Of a stretch of DNA of 32,000 nucleotides, positions 1 through 7,772 are shown piece after piece. Positions within the stretch are counted from its first letter, which is position 1; every line of letters begins with the position of its first letter. The stretch is from Pyrodictium delaneyi. Its GTDB lineage: Archaea > Thermoproteota > Thermoprotei_A > Sulfolobales > Pyrodictiaceae. Under the pieces are notes generated by a model that had not been told where the DNA came from, made no database searches, and saw only the letters and a list, made by a program, of their open reading frames with translations. Where the stretch lies: NCBI RefSeq assembly GCF_001412615.1, contig NZ_CP013011.1:1710001-1742000 (forward strand), written 5' to 3'. A program made the translations under genes and the position numbers.

Positions 1-108
1 AGTCGTGGAAACAAGAGGATAGCGAGAATAGTAGATGCACCGCACCTGCCGGAAGGTGAAGCAGTATTCATGATAACAGACTACGGTATAGCTGACCCCG
101 AGGACTAA
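1..108 (+). CDS. 3' end of an unidentified CDS (partial, start lies outside the window)
   Basis: Frame 1 is open from base 1 to TAA at 106-108 (..[33 protein letters not shown]). I recognised no family. Confidence 0.3.
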   Translation, partial: SRGNKRIARIVDAPHLPEGEAVFMITDYGIADPED

Positions 109-159
109 TCCGATCATTAGGTAAACTAACACAAGTATTTTGAAAATATTTGTAAAGCA

Positions 160-588
160 CTATAGGACGACACGTTGACAACGTCTGCAAGACCTGACAG
201 ACGCAGGAGTTAGTACGAAACGTGACTTACTCCATTCAAGCTCAATCATGCAATCATCAATTATTATTGCTGGTACTTTTACTCTAAGTCTTAGTCCGCT
301 AAGTACATCATTTACAGTTGCCCACTTTGTAGATACATTTACCTTAGAGCCTATGCAAACATAATAGCGCTTACTTATGCTGGATTCATCTACAAAGAGG
401 AGTAATTCTAAATTATTGTTGCCTATTCTTACGCGAAACAAGTTATCTGCTATAATTTGCTTAAATATGTCGATGTTTCTAGTCTCGTATGGTATTTTTA
501 TTATATTACCCTTCCTGGTTAACACCACTGGCTTATCAATACTAATTGCCTCTAAAAGCTTATCTATATCTGGGTGCACGATGCTCAC
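160..588 (-). CDS. hypothetical protein (AT-rich ORF)
   Basis: 142-aa ORF with a GTG start at 588 and no recognisable motif. It is clearly more AT-rich than its neighbours. The competing + strand ORF 377..643 looks like low-complexity shadow. Confidence 0.4.
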   Translation of the reverse strand: MSIVHPDIDKLLEAISIDKPVVLTRKGNIIKIPYETRNIDIFKQIIADNLFRVRIGNNNLELLLFVDESSISKRYYVCIGSKVNVSTKWATVNDVLSGLRLRVKVPAIIIDDCMIELEWSKSRFVLTPASVRSCRRCQRVVL

Positions 589-627
589 CAGGCCAAACGG
601 TGAAAGGCCTACGAGGGCTTTTCAACA

Positions 628-1368
628 TTGTACGCGGAGATAGTAGCAATATTAGTCCTCACGGCTCTTTCGATATACGATGTAAAGACGCGAGAGCTCC
701 CGGATAAGCTAGTATATGCTTCTCTGGCTATCGTAGTCCTTCTCAGAATCGCAGAATACAGGGTCATAGGTTTCAACACTATCTTGCCATTGTGGTTTTA
801 CATTGTAGTGGATATAGTGCTTCTTGGTATGATAGCTGTAATAGCTTGGCTAGGTTACTTTGGATGGGGCGATGTCGCGGTACTAGCCTTGATAACAGTT
901 GCATCACCACTCGCTGAAGGACAATGTATCATTATGCCCCCCTTGCTGATGGTGATTATTTACTATGTTTTGTTGACGATGATCCTTATGGTTACTAATA
1001 TGCTTGTAAATATCACAGCTCATAGGCGCGACTTGGCGCGACTGCCCGCTAAGTATAGGCTAATATATGCATTCATAGCGCGTCCAATTAGAGCGAGAAA
1101 ACTCTCTCAAAACCCTGGATGGTGGTATCCTCTAAACCTATGTGGTAAATATAGCGTAAGGTTCAACATATATATGGATCCGCCAGATATAGCGAAGGAA
1201 GTTAGCCTAGCCATGCAAAGAGGCTGCGTCAAGCCTAATGACAAAGTATGGGCTACATATGGGGTGCCTGGTATACCGCTCTTTACCGTAGCATACATAT
1301 TAACATTAATTCTAGGAGATGGTCTGCTGCTCAGTGTACTAGGCCTCAGTATTCCAATGGTAGGCTAG
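628..1368 (+). CDS. pibD: class III signal (prepilin/preflagellin) peptidase, A24 aspartic protease family, PibD/FlaK-like
   Basis: 246-aa polytopic membrane ORF with a TTG start. D18 in SIYDVKTRELPD (codon 679-681) and D82 in GWGDVAVLA match the two catalytic Asp residues and the GxGD signature of archaeal A24 peptidases. Their spacing is close to FlaK D18/D79 and PibD D23/D80 as I remember them. Confidence 0.72.
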   Translation: MYAEIVAILVLTALSIYDVKTRELPDKLVYASLAIVVLLRIAEYRVIGFNTILPLWFYIVVDIVLLGMIAVIAWLGYFGWGDVAVLALITVASPLAEGQCIIMPPLLMVIIYYVLLTMILMVTNMLVNITAHRRDLARLPAKYRLIYAFIARPIRARKLSQNPGWWYPLNLCGKYSVRFNIYMDPPDIAKEVSLAMQRGCVKPNDKVWATYGVPGIPLFTVAYILTLILGDGLLLSVLGLSIPMVG

Positions 1369-1418
1369 AAAACTCATAGTTTAGGCAGGAAGATGTAGCT
1401 AGAGGGAGGGACGGTAGA

Positions 1419-1937
1419 ATGGCACACCAGATGGACGTGCTTTATGCACCTTGGCGGTATACATATATAAAGTCTACAGTTGAGAAAGAGCCACAAGAAT
1501 GTATATTCTGTATAGCTCCTAAGAAGCCTGAGGACGAGTCATTAGTGTTATACAAGGGTCGCTATAGCTACATAATCATGAATCTATACCCTTATAATAC
1601 TGGTCATGTAATGGTGGTTCCTTATAGGCATATAGCTGATATAGCTGATCTAACTATTGATGAGCTAACAGAGATGATGGAGTTAGTAAAGCTGTCAATG
1701 ATTGTAATACGAAAAGTGTTAAAGCCGCATGGTTTCAACATAGGCATCAATATTGGTCGTGTTGCAGGTGCCGGTATAGACAAGCACGTACATATCCATG
1801 TAGTGCCGCGATGGAATGGTGACACTAACTTCATGCCAGTAATAGCAGGAGTAAAAGTCATATCACAAGATGTTAGGGAGACGTACAAAGCGCTACGGGA
1901 GGCTCTTAAAGAAGTCATACATGTAACTAAAGACTAA
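1419..1937 (+). CDS. HIT (histidine triad) family nucleotide hydrolase/transferase
   Basis: 172 aa. The histidine triad HVHIHVVPR sits near the C-terminus, and the N-terminal YAPWRYTYIK is typical of the HIT/Ap4A-phosphorylase-like branch. Confidence 0.9.
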   Translation: MAHQMDVLYAPWRYTYIKSTVEKEPQECIFCIAPKKPEDESLVLYKGRYSYIIMNLYPYNTGHVMVVPYRHIADIADLTIDELTEMMELVKLSMIVIRKVLKPHGFNIGINIGRVAGAGIDKHVHIHVVPRWNGDTNFMPVIAGVKVISQDVRETYKALREALKEVIHVTKD

Positions 1938-2320
1938 CCAATAAAGTATATCTTTAGTCTGTTCACGAAAGCTCTAATGTCTGCTATATGTGAAGCCACA
2001 TCGTCTCTTACATCGCTAAGCCTCCTTAACGTGTGTAACTGTTCAGCCCTCATTCTATACGCTCTGACATATCTTAAAAGAAGCCTCGCCTTTTCCGCGT
2101 AGATATACGCGTCTGTAATTCCAATACGGCCTATATTATCTAAATGCTTGGCTAGACTAGATAATGTATCCTCAAGGCTTCCATTGAATAGACTCGTCTT
2201 GAAGTAAAGAAGTTGACGAGAAATATCATCAACTAATGATAGAATTGATTCAATCTCTCTACTTAGCTCCTGTACGTCAACACTTCTTTGCAATCCTAAA
2301 AACCATCTTCTTTCTCTCAT
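1934..2320 (-). CDS. hypothetical helical protein with a C-terminal Rx5H (HEPN-like?) motif
   Basis: 128-aa ORF rich in L/R/E/D heptad-like helices. It overlaps the upstream wHTH ORF by 44 nt, or by 17 nt if the TTG at 2293 is the start. RDDVASH lies near the C-terminus. Its stop overlaps the HIT stop convergently. Confidence 0.5.
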   Translation of the reverse strand: MRERRWFLGLQRSVDVQELSREIESILSLVDDISRQLLYFKTSLFNGSLEDTLSSLAKHLDNIGRIGITDAYIYAEKARLLLRYVRAYRMRAEQLHTLRRLSDVRDDVASHIADIRAFVNRLKIYFIG

Positions 2321-2498
2321 AGTCGGGCTCCCGTATAATTATACCTCTTCTAACCAGCCCCGCTAATGTCTCACGTATGGTCTCCTTCTTAACATTGCTA
2401 TCATGCTCCAATAACGCGTTATATATTTCATCAAATGTTAATCCATTTTTGCTCTTAGAGAGAATCTCTAGTATAGCTTTCTCAAGATTCTCCGACAT
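2277..2498 (-). CDS. small winged-helix DNA-binding protein
   Basis: 73 aa. LTFDEIYNAL followed by ETIRETLAGLVRRGIIIRE fits the helix-turn-helix plus wing pattern of small archaeal MarR/ArsR-like wHTH proteins. Confidence 0.6.
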   Translation of the reverse strand: MSENLEKAILEILSKSKNGLTFDEIYNALLEHDSNVKKETIRETLAGLVRRGIIIREPDYERKKMVFRIAKKC

Positions 2499-2611
2499 AA
2501 TTCTCAGCCTCGCTACTAACTAGCCATGGAAGGGGGACCAGTGACTTCGCTATAAAAACGAGGCTCTATAGCCGCTTAAGCTAGGAGTGTTCCCAGCGGG
2601 GTGCACTAATC

Positions 2612-2803
2612 TTGAACGAAATAGAGCTTGAGCTTGTCGAAGAATACGAACTTCTCGGAGAAAAGCGCTATCGGTTCCGGATAAAAGGTACATCAATATA
2701 CCTTAACGTGACAGCCAAAGACGTGGAAGATGCTAGGCAAAAAGCAATAACTATGGTAAAGGAGATACGGCTAGACGCCATACTGTCAAAACTAACAGGT
2801 TAG
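2612..2803 (+). CDS. small hypothetical protein
   Basis: 63-aa ORF with a TTG start and a charged composition. It is the only ORF in an otherwise empty gap, and I recognised no family. Confidence 0.35.
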   Translation: MNEIELELVEEYELLGEKRYRFRIKGTSIYLNVTAKDVEDARQKAITMVKEIRLDAILSKLTG

Positions 2804-2831
2804 CGATATACTAACGTATTCATATTTACTG

Positions 2832-3068
2832 TCATATTCGTTTTACTGCTTGTTTTGCCTTCCTTAGCTCCTCAAACTCTTTTATAGCTTCACGTGCAGC
2901 CTTCTTGAACTCTCCTTCATCGATACGTTCAATAAATAGTTTGAAGAACTTTGTGAGACATGATTTGCTATGAAATACTAGTTCTATACCAGCCCTCTTC
3001 AATACTATTCCCTGGCCCTGGGGGAATACCCGGCCGCATACTATGCATGTATAGCGCTTCACCTTCAT
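2832..3068 (-). CDS. L24e-fold / TRASH-like zinc-ribbon protein with a Lys/Glu-rich helical tail
   Basis: 78 aa. C-IV-C-GRVFPQGQG-IVLKRAG-IELVF-HSKSC reproduces the CxxCGxx[IF]PxGxG...G....F[CH]SxxC spacing of ribosomal protein L24e/TRASH domains. The C-terminal half is an unrelated charged helix. An AT-rich TATA-like element (reverse complement of 3101-3112, tttaatataatt) lies about 38 nt upstream of the ATG. Confidence 0.55.
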   Translation of the reverse strand: MKVKRYTCIVCGRVFPQGQGIVLKRAGIELVFHSKSCLTKFFKLFIERIDEGEFKKAAREAIKEFEELRKAKQAVKRI

Positions 3069-3248
3069 AACACTACTACCGTCATGGATGACTGTGCCAC
3101 AATTATATTAAACCCTATTGCGTTTCCCGGTTGTCTGCTAGGGTTCACTCTCCGGGCTCAAGTGGTGAATTAGTGTACACACGAGGCCAGAAATGCCACC
3201 GTGAGAGAGGTCTACATGGTAGAGTTGTAGATGGTGAGATAGGAGAGG

Positions 3249-6119
3249 TTGATGGAAATGACGCTCAAGACGACAGGTATCAGCAGTTCGCTAGAACTGC
3301 TCCACGAGAAGGTACGTGAGCTTATACGCCAGAAGGGTTGGGAGACGCTAACTGAGATACAAGAAAAAGCAATAAAGCCTATACTAGAGGGTCATAACGT
3401 AGTCATAGTAGCTCCTACCGGCTACGGAAAGACTGAGGCTGCCCTTCTACCGGTTCTCTCTATGATGCTTCAGGAGGACGTAGAGCCGGTCACAGTACTG
3501 TATATAACACCGCTGAGAGCGCTCATCAACGACATATATGAAAGGATAAACTGGTGGGCTTCGCAGCTAGGATTTATAGTAGCCAGGAAGCACGGCGATG
3601 TACCGCACTCTGAACGAGCAAGAAGGCTACGGAGAGCACCGCATATTCTAGTAACTACTCCAGAGAGTCTTGAGATAGACCTGGACTGGGCGTCTAAATT
3701 CCGTAACTTCTACCGTAACCTACGCTGGGTTATAGTAGACGAGGTTCACGAGATCATTTCGACAAAGCGTGGAGTCCAATTAGCAATACTGCTAGAGAGG
3801 TTCCGAAAACTAGCAGGAGACTTCCAGCTGATAATGATCTCAGCCACAGTAGGCGAGCCAAGTCTAACTGGTAGAACTTTCATTGGCAGCTCAAAGCGCC
3901 CATTATCTATAGTCACAGTTGAGAAGAGGAAAGAGCTAGAAATAGTAGTAGATTATGTTGACGCACCTAGTACTGAGTTCTGGAAACAAGCTGCACAGAA
4001 ACTACTAAAATACATGGAGCCCTTGACGCTGGTCTTTGTCAACTCGAAACATGTAGCTGAGAGACTACACAGTGAGATAGAGAAGATGGGTATTGAAGGC
4101 GTAGTCGTGCATCATGCTTCGGTATTTGGCGAGGAAAGGCGACGCATAGAGCGCATGGCTAAGGAAGGAAAACTAAAGATGATAATTGCTACGAAGACAT
4201 TAGAACTCGGCATTGATATAGGCTCGGTTAAACGTGTAATACTGTTCCGTCCTGCAGGAAAAGTCGCTTCTCTCATACAGAGGCTTGGAAGGAGCGGGCA
4301 TACTATAGGTGGAAGGATAAATGGGATAATAATAGCTACAGATGAGCTAGAACTACTCGAAGCTATAGCAGAGGCTAGGCTAGCGATTAAGGGTAAAGTT
4401 GAGGTCCCTGAACTCCCATTAAAGCCGCTGGACATGGCTGCGAGAGCAGTTATAGGTATGGCATTGTCAGGGATGTACACAGTAGACGACGCCTATGAAG
4501 TTCTTAGCAACGTCTATTATTTCCGCGGACTCACTCGCGAAGAATTTGATGAACTCGTAAAATATTTGCTAGACAATAAGATGATAAAGATCAATGAAGA
4601 AGGCAAACTCTCCGGTGGAGCCCAGTTCTATCGCATATGGAGGTTTGATGCTGGCGATAGTCGCTTCAGCTGGTGGGTGCATAACTTCTCAGAGTTCTTC
4701 ACAACTATGGGTGAAAAGAAGACATATGTGGTGAAGACTGCTGACGGGAAGACTATAGGTGAGCTAGATTCAGAATATGTTATACGCATGCTACGAATAG
4801 GCCATGTGATAAGACTAGCCGGTAAAAACTGGCAGGTAATAAACATCGATGAACATACTAACAAAGTCGTGGTGACCGAGACACAGAGCGAAACAACAGC
4901 AGTACCCTTCTGGAAAGGACAAGGCCCAATAGCATCGAGGCTAGTCCTTTCCGAGCTAGAACAAGTCATATACGAAGTTCACCAGGGCTCGCTAGATCTC
5001 CCGGAGGGTCTCGTACTAGCAGACGATGCGCGTAAAGCTCTCAAGAAGCTCATAGGCGAGATTAAGAAATACGGCTATCCAGCACCGAACAGAGGTAACA
5101 TAATCATTGAAAGGCTGTCTGACGAGATAGCATTCATAACACTAGCACCAGAGAAGGTTCTAAGAACTTTGGCTTACATTGTAATGCTTGAGGCATATCG
5201 CAACAATTCTGACGTATATACAAGGATATCACACTATGGTTTCAGCCTCCCTGCGAACTCACTAGACTTTGACCCCTTCGAATTCCTAACCAGCATGGAT
5301 AGAGAAGAATTCATGGAAAAAGCATGGGAAGCAGCTAGTAGGTCGCCATTCTTTGTAGAAGTAGCTCACAACATACAGCTAGTATTTGGCATAACAAGAA
5401 AACTGCGTAAGAGCGACACCTTAGTCTACCAGGAAGCAATCCGGCAAACTCTCCAGGAGTACTTTGACCCGGAGTCAGCCTGGGCTTTACTAGAAGGTCT
5501 ACGCAAGGGAAGAGTAAAACTGAAGGTAAACCATGGCCGTACGAGCATCTATGCGCGCATAGTATCCAAGGAACTACCTGAACGTCCGTGGATAAGCGAT
5601 GTAGATGAACTCATAGCCGAGACTCTTAAGGGTATGGCATTCACAGCTGAAGAACTAGCAGAAGCGCTAGGACTTCCACTAAACCTTATAGAGGCTAAGC
5701 TTCGCGACATGCGTAAAGCATCCTCGCTATACAGAGTGTTCAACTTCATAGACGTGGATACTGGCGAGCAACGCTGGGCACTAGTAGAGGATGCTGCAGA
5801 GATAGTACGCTCAGAAGAATTCTCATCCTCATTTGATCCGCCAATCAAGGATAGCTTGTACATGTTACTAGTAAAGAATGAAACAGGAAGCCTAATACAT
5901 GCTATCGTTAGGCTAGGTGATGTGATAGAAAAACCGGACCAAGTGGTAAAGCAGATACCGTTTAATGAGATTTACGAGTTAAAGGTAGTTCCGCTAACTG
6001 GCTATTATGAAGGACAACCGCCAAAATACCAGTACGTCCCACGTGAAATTGTGCCATACTTAGTGCTTAATGCTGCAACGCTGATACAGAAGATACAAAT
6101 GAACAATCCCATATTCTAA
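3249..6119 (+). CDS. lhr: Lhr-like superfamily 2 DEAD/DEAH-box helicase
   Basis: 956 aa. Motifs seen are Walker A APTGYGKTEAA, DEVH box VIVDEVHE, SAT, and motif VI QRLGRSGH. It has a roughly 500-aa C-terminal extension, as in Lhr/Hel112-type helicases. TTG 3249 is followed by ATG at 3252 and 3258, and GGAGAGG at 3242-3248 fits best with the ATG at 3258. Confidence 0.9.
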   Translation: MMEMTLKTTGISSSLELLHEKVRELIRQKGWETLTEIQEKAIKPILEGHNVVIVAPTGYGKTEAALLPVLSMMLQEDVEPVTVLYITPLRALINDIYERINWWASQLGFIVARKHGDVPHSERARRLRRAPHILVTTPESLEIDLDWASKFRNFYRNLRWVIVDEVHEIISTKRGVQLAILLERFRKLAGDFQLIMISATVGEPSLTGRTFIGSSKRPLSIVTVEKRKELEIVVDYVDAPSTEFWKQAAQKLLKYMEPLTLVFVNSKHVAERLHSEIEKMGIEGVVVHHASVFGEERRRIERMAKEGKLKMIIATKTLELGIDIGSVKRVILFRPAGKVASLIQRLGRSGHTIGGRINGIIIATDELELLEAIAEARLAIKGKVEVPELPLKPLDMAARAVIGMALSGMYTVDDAYEVLSNVYYFRGLTREEFDELVKYLLDNKMIKINEEGKLSGGAQFYRIWRFDAGDSRFSWWVHNFSEFFTTMGEKKTYVVKTADGKTIGELDSEYVIRMLRIGHVIRLAGKNWQVINIDEHTNKVVVTETQSETTAVPFWKGQGPIASRLVLSELEQVIYEVHQGSLDLPEGLVLADDARKALKKLIGEIKKYGYPAPNRGNIIIERLSDEIAFITLAPEKVLRTLAYIVMLEAYRNNSDVYTRISHYGFSLPANSLDFDPFEFLTSMDREEFMEKAWEAASRSPFFVEVAHNIQLVFGITRKLRKSDTLVYQEAIRQTLQEYFDPESAWALLEGLRKGRVKLKVNHGRTSIYARIVSKELPERPWISDVDELIAETLKGMAFTAEELAEALGLPLNLIEAKLRDMRKASSLYRVFNFIDVDTGEQRWALVEDAAEIVRSEEFSSSFDPPIKDSLYMLLVKNETGSLIHAIVRLGDVIEKPDQVVKQIPFNEIYELKVVPLTGYYEGQPPKYQYVPREIVPYLVLNAATLIQKIQMNNPIF

Positions 6120-6131
6120 CGTATACTATAG

Positions 6132-6136
6132 TTTTT
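6132..6136 (+). terminator. T5 tract directly after the helicase stop
   Basis: A TTTTT run lies 13 nt after the TAA at 6117-6119. Archaeal terminators are typically oligo-T tracts. Confidence 0.4.
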
Positions 6137-6157
6137 GTCACCACCGTTAATAGTCGA

Positions 6158-6214
6158 TAAGATGTTCTAGATCTGACTTTTAGCATGAAAACTCTTAGCA
6201 ACATCTTACCTTTT
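6158..6214 (+). terminator. perfect 9-bp inverted repeat plus T4 tract
   Basis: taagatgtt (6158-6166) pairs with aacatctta (6200-6208) around a 33-nt loop, followed by ccTTTTg (6211-6214). It could be a second terminator or a small RNA hairpin. Confidence 0.3.
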
Positions 6215-6264
6215 GCCGTATAGTATTAGACACGCCCAGATAATGAAGCATACTTGAGAGTACC

Positions 6265-6341
6265 GGCTGCGATGAAGACCGCCACGAGTTACTGAAAATC
6301 AACAAGCGTCCAATGATGAGGGTCCGTGTTGCAGAGCAGCC
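6265..6341 (+). ncRNA. candidate C/D box sRNA A
   Basis: Layout: terminal stem ggcugc (6265-6270) / gcagcc (6336-6341); C-like AUGAAGA 6272-6278; 13-nt spacer; D' CUGA 6292-6295; 17 nt; C' AUGAUGA 6313-6319; 12-nt spacer; D-like CAGA 6332-6335. Confidence 0.4.
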
Positions 6342-6393
6342 AGGTACGGTGAAGCTTATGCGATATAACTATGTAATGTGTTAACATCATTGG

Positions 6394-6468
6394 ATGATGA
6401 AGAGCGTTCGGCTTACCCTCCTCACGGCCATAAAGTGTAGGAGGGATGAAGATGTTATCCCCGGCTGA
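6394..6468 (+). ncRNA. candidate C/D box sRNA B with an internal hairpin
   Basis: Layout: C box AUGAUGA 6394-6400; 11-nt spacer; degenerate D' CUUA 6412-6415; 7-bp hairpin ccctcct (6416-6422) / aggaggg (6439-6445); C'-like AUGAAGA 6446-6452; 12-nt spacer; D box CUGA 6465-6468. There is no clear terminal stem. Confidence 0.35.
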
Positions 6469-6515
6469 GTAAGCTTTGTTCGCGGCTGTAAAGACGTGAG
6501 GAGGCTATAGCTGGC

Positions 6516-7022
6516 ATGGTGCGCTACTATGTATTCATAACGTTGATAATGCATGTAAAGCTAGAAGCGTCTATTGCAAGTCTTCTGGCAAACATTAAGG
6601 AAAATAGTAATGTAGCGATAATAGATCATGATGAAGTAGCGAGGAGGCTTATACTACGTGCGCCCGTAAGGGAAGCGGCTTACCTTCAGATGCTTGTGGA
6701 CCATTACGCTGATACTGCTACTTTCGAAGTAAAAGCTTCCATGAAGAAAAGAATTGATGTGAAAAAGCTGCGTAGTATGAATACTATATACCGTAGTATT
6801 GGAAATAGGCTTCTCTTCTATAAGACGTGTAGTAGTGGTGCAGTCTTCGGAGAAGCACGGGGCAGAGACCTATTACTGAAGTACTGTAAGAAGGCGATGA
6901 TGGTTGATCCAGCAGCTCTTCCGCCAGTACTCTGTAGCTTTGATGCGTTGACGGAGGGTATTGCTGAAGTCGCTGATAGAGCTAGAGGATGTTTTGATGA
7001 AATTATTAATAAACTTAGCTAG
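6516..7022 (+). CDS. hypothetical protein
   Basis: 168-aa ORF with an alternative ATG at 6549 (MHVKLE..). It is AT-rich, and I recognised no family or motif. Confidence 0.45.
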   Translation: MVRYYVFITLIMHVKLEASIASLLANIKENSNVAIIDHDEVARRLILRAPVREAAYLQMLVDHYADTATFEVKASMKKRIDVKKLRSMNTIYRSIGNRLLFYKTCSSGAVFGEARGRDLLLKYCKKAMMVDPAALPPVLCSFDALTEGIAEVADRARGCFDEIINKLS

Positions 7023-7130
7023 ACTATTAAATAGTTATGTCGTAGACATAGTTAATGAAGCTAGTAAAATGTGACGCTTAGTGCCATGATTTAGTGTATT
7101 TTCTGTGCTTATCGGGGAACGAAGCGAGTA

Positions 7131-7138
7131 GTTTAAAG
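7131..7138 (+). promoter_or_regulatory. TATA-like box for the alba gene, with a downstream SD
   Basis: gtttaaag lies 50-57 nt upstream of the ATG at 7188. GGAGGTG at 7172-7178 sits 9 nt before the ATG. Confidence 0.4.
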
Positions 7139-7187
7139 AGTCTTGATGAATAGCTTGCAGTGGCGTGGAAGGGAGGTGTAGACTGTC

Positions 7188-7457
7188 ATGGCGGCCGAGG
7201 AGAATGTCGTTATTGTTGGTAAGAAGTCGGTCACCGATTATGTTCTAGCAACGATACTTCTATTCAATGAGGGGTACGATGAAGTTACTATACGTGGCCA
7301 GGGTCCTAATGTAAGCAAAGCTGTTGATGTATACAATGCGTTAGTCAATAGACTTCAGGACGGAGTAGAACTGGTAGGAGTAAGCATAGACAGTATACAG
7401 CGTGGCAGAAGGCTTGTACCGATCATAGAGATTAGGGTACGTAGAAAGATAGTCTAA
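7188..7457 (+). CDS. albA: Alba chromatin/RNA-binding protein (closer to the Alba2 paralogue by my recollection)
   Basis: 89 aa. VVIVGKKSVTDYVLATILLFNEGYDEVTIRGQGPNVSKAVDVYNALVNRL matches the Alba fold consensus, and the LFN.G.DEV and SKAVDVYN strings resemble Sulfolobus Alba2. Confidence 0.92.
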   Translation: MAAEENVVIVGKKSVTDYVLATILLFNEGYDEVTIRGQGPNVSKAVDVYNALVNRLQDGVELVGVSIDSIQRGRRLVPIIEIRVRRKIV

Positions 7458-7772
7458 AGAAGTCAAGTTACAAGAATTGTATGTATTAGTAAAATGTTAC
7501 GCAATCTGTGATTGTACTCTCTGCTATGCATCCTCTCTGAATACGAGATTATACTTCCAGGCCGGGTAACTCTCGTGGCAGTAAAGTGAAAGTTGCAGCA
7601 AATAGATGGTATACCATATTGTAATTAAGATATAAAATGATGATGTTATCATTTAGGCATCATAAATTTAACTTTTCAGTAGGTATTTCGTTTATTGTAG
7701 AAATCGTGATCCAGGTTCCCGGTACATGGTAAGGATGATAAAGGAGATGTCCATATTACGGTGGGCTGACTG

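Noticed and set aside
2277-2320. The possibility that the wHTH ORF and the 128-aa ORF are a single gene split by a frameshift.
   Set aside because: Both ORFs are intact with their own plausible starts, and short out-of-frame overlaps are common in archaeal operons. I cannot exclude a sequencing error without reads.
3131-3319. A 62-aa plus-strand ORF upstream of, and overlapping, the helicase start.
   Set aside because: It has a TTG start and an Arg/Gly-rich composition, and it runs out of frame into the helicase gene. It is most likely 5' leader sequence.
4112-5863. Minus-strand ORFs inside the helicase gene (4112..4480, 4628..4969, 5549..5863). The same kind of ORF occurs in other long genes, for example 12470..12934, 13451..13675, 13799..14050, 14915..15463, 18222..18893, 19323..19592, 20262..20453 and 21005..21235.
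   Set aside because: Each lies entirely within a well-supported gene on the other strand and has a Ser/low-complexity composition, so these are antisense shadows.
7062-7502. A 16-mer direct repeat flanking the alba gene (tagtaaaatgtgacgc at 7062-7077 and tagtaaaatgttacgc at 7487-7502, 15/16 identical).
   Set aside because: Rough expectation for a 15/16 match somewhere in 32 kb is several by chance, and on the order of 0.2 for a pair within 500 bp. That is suggestive but not significant. No other mobile-element hallmarks are present.
7635-7654. ATGATGA embedded in a 7-bp hairpin (aaatgat-gatgtt-atcattt) in the alba/MgtC spacer. It shares GATGTTATC with candidate sRNA B.
   Set aside because: No CTGA D box lies at guide distance on either strand. 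It may be a simple AT-rich hairpin or a regulator site, and the evidence is insufficient.
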